DNA of 34,867 bases from the NCBI RefSeq assembly GCF_001194135.2, contig NC_068998.1, positions 37,994,315 through 38,029,181 of the forward strand. The letters run 5' to 3'. Of the stretch, positions 33,003 to 34,867 are shown piece after piece. Position 1 is the first letter of the stretch; each line of letters opens with the position of its first letter. This DNA comes from Octopus bimaculoides. Taxonomy: Eukaryota. The translations under genes were made by a program, and so were the position numbers. Below the pieces are notes generated by a model, which saw nothing but the letters and a program-made list of their open reading frames with translations, had not been told where the DNA came from and searched no databases.

Positions 33003-33569
33003 ATTATATGTATATATATAAAACAGAGTTATCAGAGAGGGATTATCAATCCAAGCAAAATACTTTATAAATTCTCTGTTAGTACACCAGGCTAATAGTA
33101 TTTTTGAGATTAGTAAAGAACTCCGCTTATTCTTGTGGCAGGGTCCAAGTTTATAGTTCATCACCATTCTATATTGTAAATCCATGGCAGTGCTCCAGTT
33201 ATACTGGTTTTTACACAGAGTGATATACAACACCAGGCGTAAATAATAGTCATTACATTTTTTTCTGTATTGCAGTAAATTTGACTAACGGTTGCTTTTA
33301 GTAGTTATTATAGGTTTGTGATTGATAGGTTTACTCAATCAACCTATTGATTGGTCGGGAAAAATTGAACGACCTAAAAAGGTAATGCTACTTTCAGAGA
33401 TGACTCTGATGAAAGCATTAACATTTTAGGTCATTAAATTAAATTCATTTTGGCAGAGTCTCTCTGACCAGATGCCCATCCTGTTGCTAACCCTTACCTG
33501 TTTCGGAGTAAGGTAATGTTTTCCCTGAAACAAATCTCATTGCTAGTTCTTTAGATATTCTATGGTCAC

Positions 33570-34410
33570 ATCATTCTCTAATTTTGAATTACTTTGTTTC
33601 ATATTTTCTCCTACAATGATGTTTTGCATAGATCTTTTCATAGCTTTCTGTGTCATAACCAGTATCTGTCCTTCTTCAAAATAGCCCATGTCTCATTTGT
33701 GTATAAAGAGTACAGGTAGGATTGTGCTAATAAACCCTTAGTATTTTGATTATTTTGTTGAATATAATGTTTATTTATTCAATTGTTTTATATTAATCAT
33801 TCCTTGCCTCACAGCTTTGGGATTTCAATGATGTGATTGTTTATTTTTAGAATGATATTGTAGGGTTGGGAAATTCTAACCAGTTTTGACATAAACTAAG
33901 CAGAATATTTTGGTCGGATATGGACAGTTTAAATGCTAAAATGTTGAAGATATTGGCACAGAAGGTCTTGTCTTGCCCAGTTGTACTTTGAACACATCTT
34001 TAATTGAGGCAAACACCTTCGACCCAGCTGTTACTCTGCACAAAATTTCAACATTCATGTCTCAGCATATATTTACTGTTTGCCACAAGTAGATGTACTC
34101 CTTTGCCTCCTCAGTTTATATTTCAGTATATTGATCTTTATTGAACCTCATATGGATGATGACAGCAGAGATTTATCAGTGGTACATCTCAAGTTCACTT
34201 CTCTGAAAGGTTTGATATTTTGAGATTCAATTCTTTATGTCTCCAGAGAATTCAGCACTGCATTCATCTTGACATTATCAAAGGCATTTTTGTAAATCAC
34301 AAAAGCAACACAAACCAGCAACTTACACTCAGAATCTTCTCTTATTTCCACTATAGATTCTGCTATGAGACCTAAATCATCAGCTTATAGGTGTTTCTTT
34401 GGATAGCCCA
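33570..34410 (-). mobile_element. RTE-1-like LINE RT relic, split by a MITE at about 33785-33950
   Basis: Decayed frames give CVAFVIYKNAFDNVKMNAVLNSL, EEAKEYIYL..EILCRVTAGSKVFASIKDVF and, after the MITE, STILPVL..ETWAILKK..TQKAMKRSM. Confidence 0.75.
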
Positions 34411-34669
34411 GTCATAAACTTATCTGTGATGGCCAATAGGTCTATGATGAGTAGAACTCTTGATAAACTCTTGATAGACTCTAATAACAACTGAAGTTCT
34501 TATTGACTCTAAATTTACTTCATCACCAATGTCATTGTTGGCTCTCACTTTACTTACTGCATTTTCGTACTTCACATATACAGCCCTCACAAGCTATTCA
34601 TCTTCACCTAGTTTCCTTAGTGACCATTAAATTACCAACCGTGGTACCCTGTCAAAGGGCTTCTCCAAA

Positions 34670-34825
34670 ATCAATGAATGACAAGGTAAGAAGTTTGCTT
34701 CCCAACCACATAGTTCCAGATTCAGTCCCACTGCATGGCACCTAGGAAGAGTGTCTTCTATGATAGCCTTAGGCTGACCAAAGCCTTGTGAGTGGATCTG
34801 ATAGACAGATGCTGAAAGAAGCCCA

Positions 34826-34828
<3 letters not shown>
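34670..34828 (+). mobile_element. SINE family A 5-prime half running into (GT)n at the window end
   Basis: GGTAAGAAGTTTGCTTCCCAACCAC..GATTCAGTCCCACTGC..AAAGCCTTGTGAGTGGAT. Confidence 0.82.

Positions 34829-34867
<39 letters not shown>

Noticed and set aside
33405-33445. CTGATGA core within the 33.4 kb hairpin
   Set aside because: No stem II-GAAA downstream, so not a hammerhead.

Overview
Eukaryotic, AT-rich, repeat-dense genomic scaffold with eight N-gaps. The repeat landscape (tRNA-derived SINE families, RTE and R4/Dong LINEs, very long TA/CA microsatellites) suggests a coleoid cephalopod, probably Octopus; this is inferred from pattern, not a database hit. The only host gene I can recognise is CFAP298 (C21orf59/kurly, motile-cilia dynein-arm assembly) on the minus strand. 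It has three in-frame coding exons (7023-6885, 3931-3764, 1736-1669; 125 aa) with canonical splice sites and continues off the left edge. Its ATG exon has a splice acceptor 6 nt upstream, so a non-coding first exon lies further right. A CpG-retaining domain at about 9.7-18.5 kb carries several RFX X-box-like motifs and a candidate first exon near 16.63-16.69 kb. The rest is mobile DNA: a Gypsy pol relic, RTE and R4/Dong LINE fragments, five SINE-like families (working labels A, B, C, E, F), hAT, Tc1/mariner and piggyBac-like MITEs, a Helentron-type element and fold-back elements. The most notable signal is a set of Penelope-type minimal hammerhead ribozyme motifs, one nearly intact with a variant core (17223-17259). 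I see no evidence of a wholly new multi-gene system; the findings are leads within known classes. Most repeat boundaries are approximate (read by eye).
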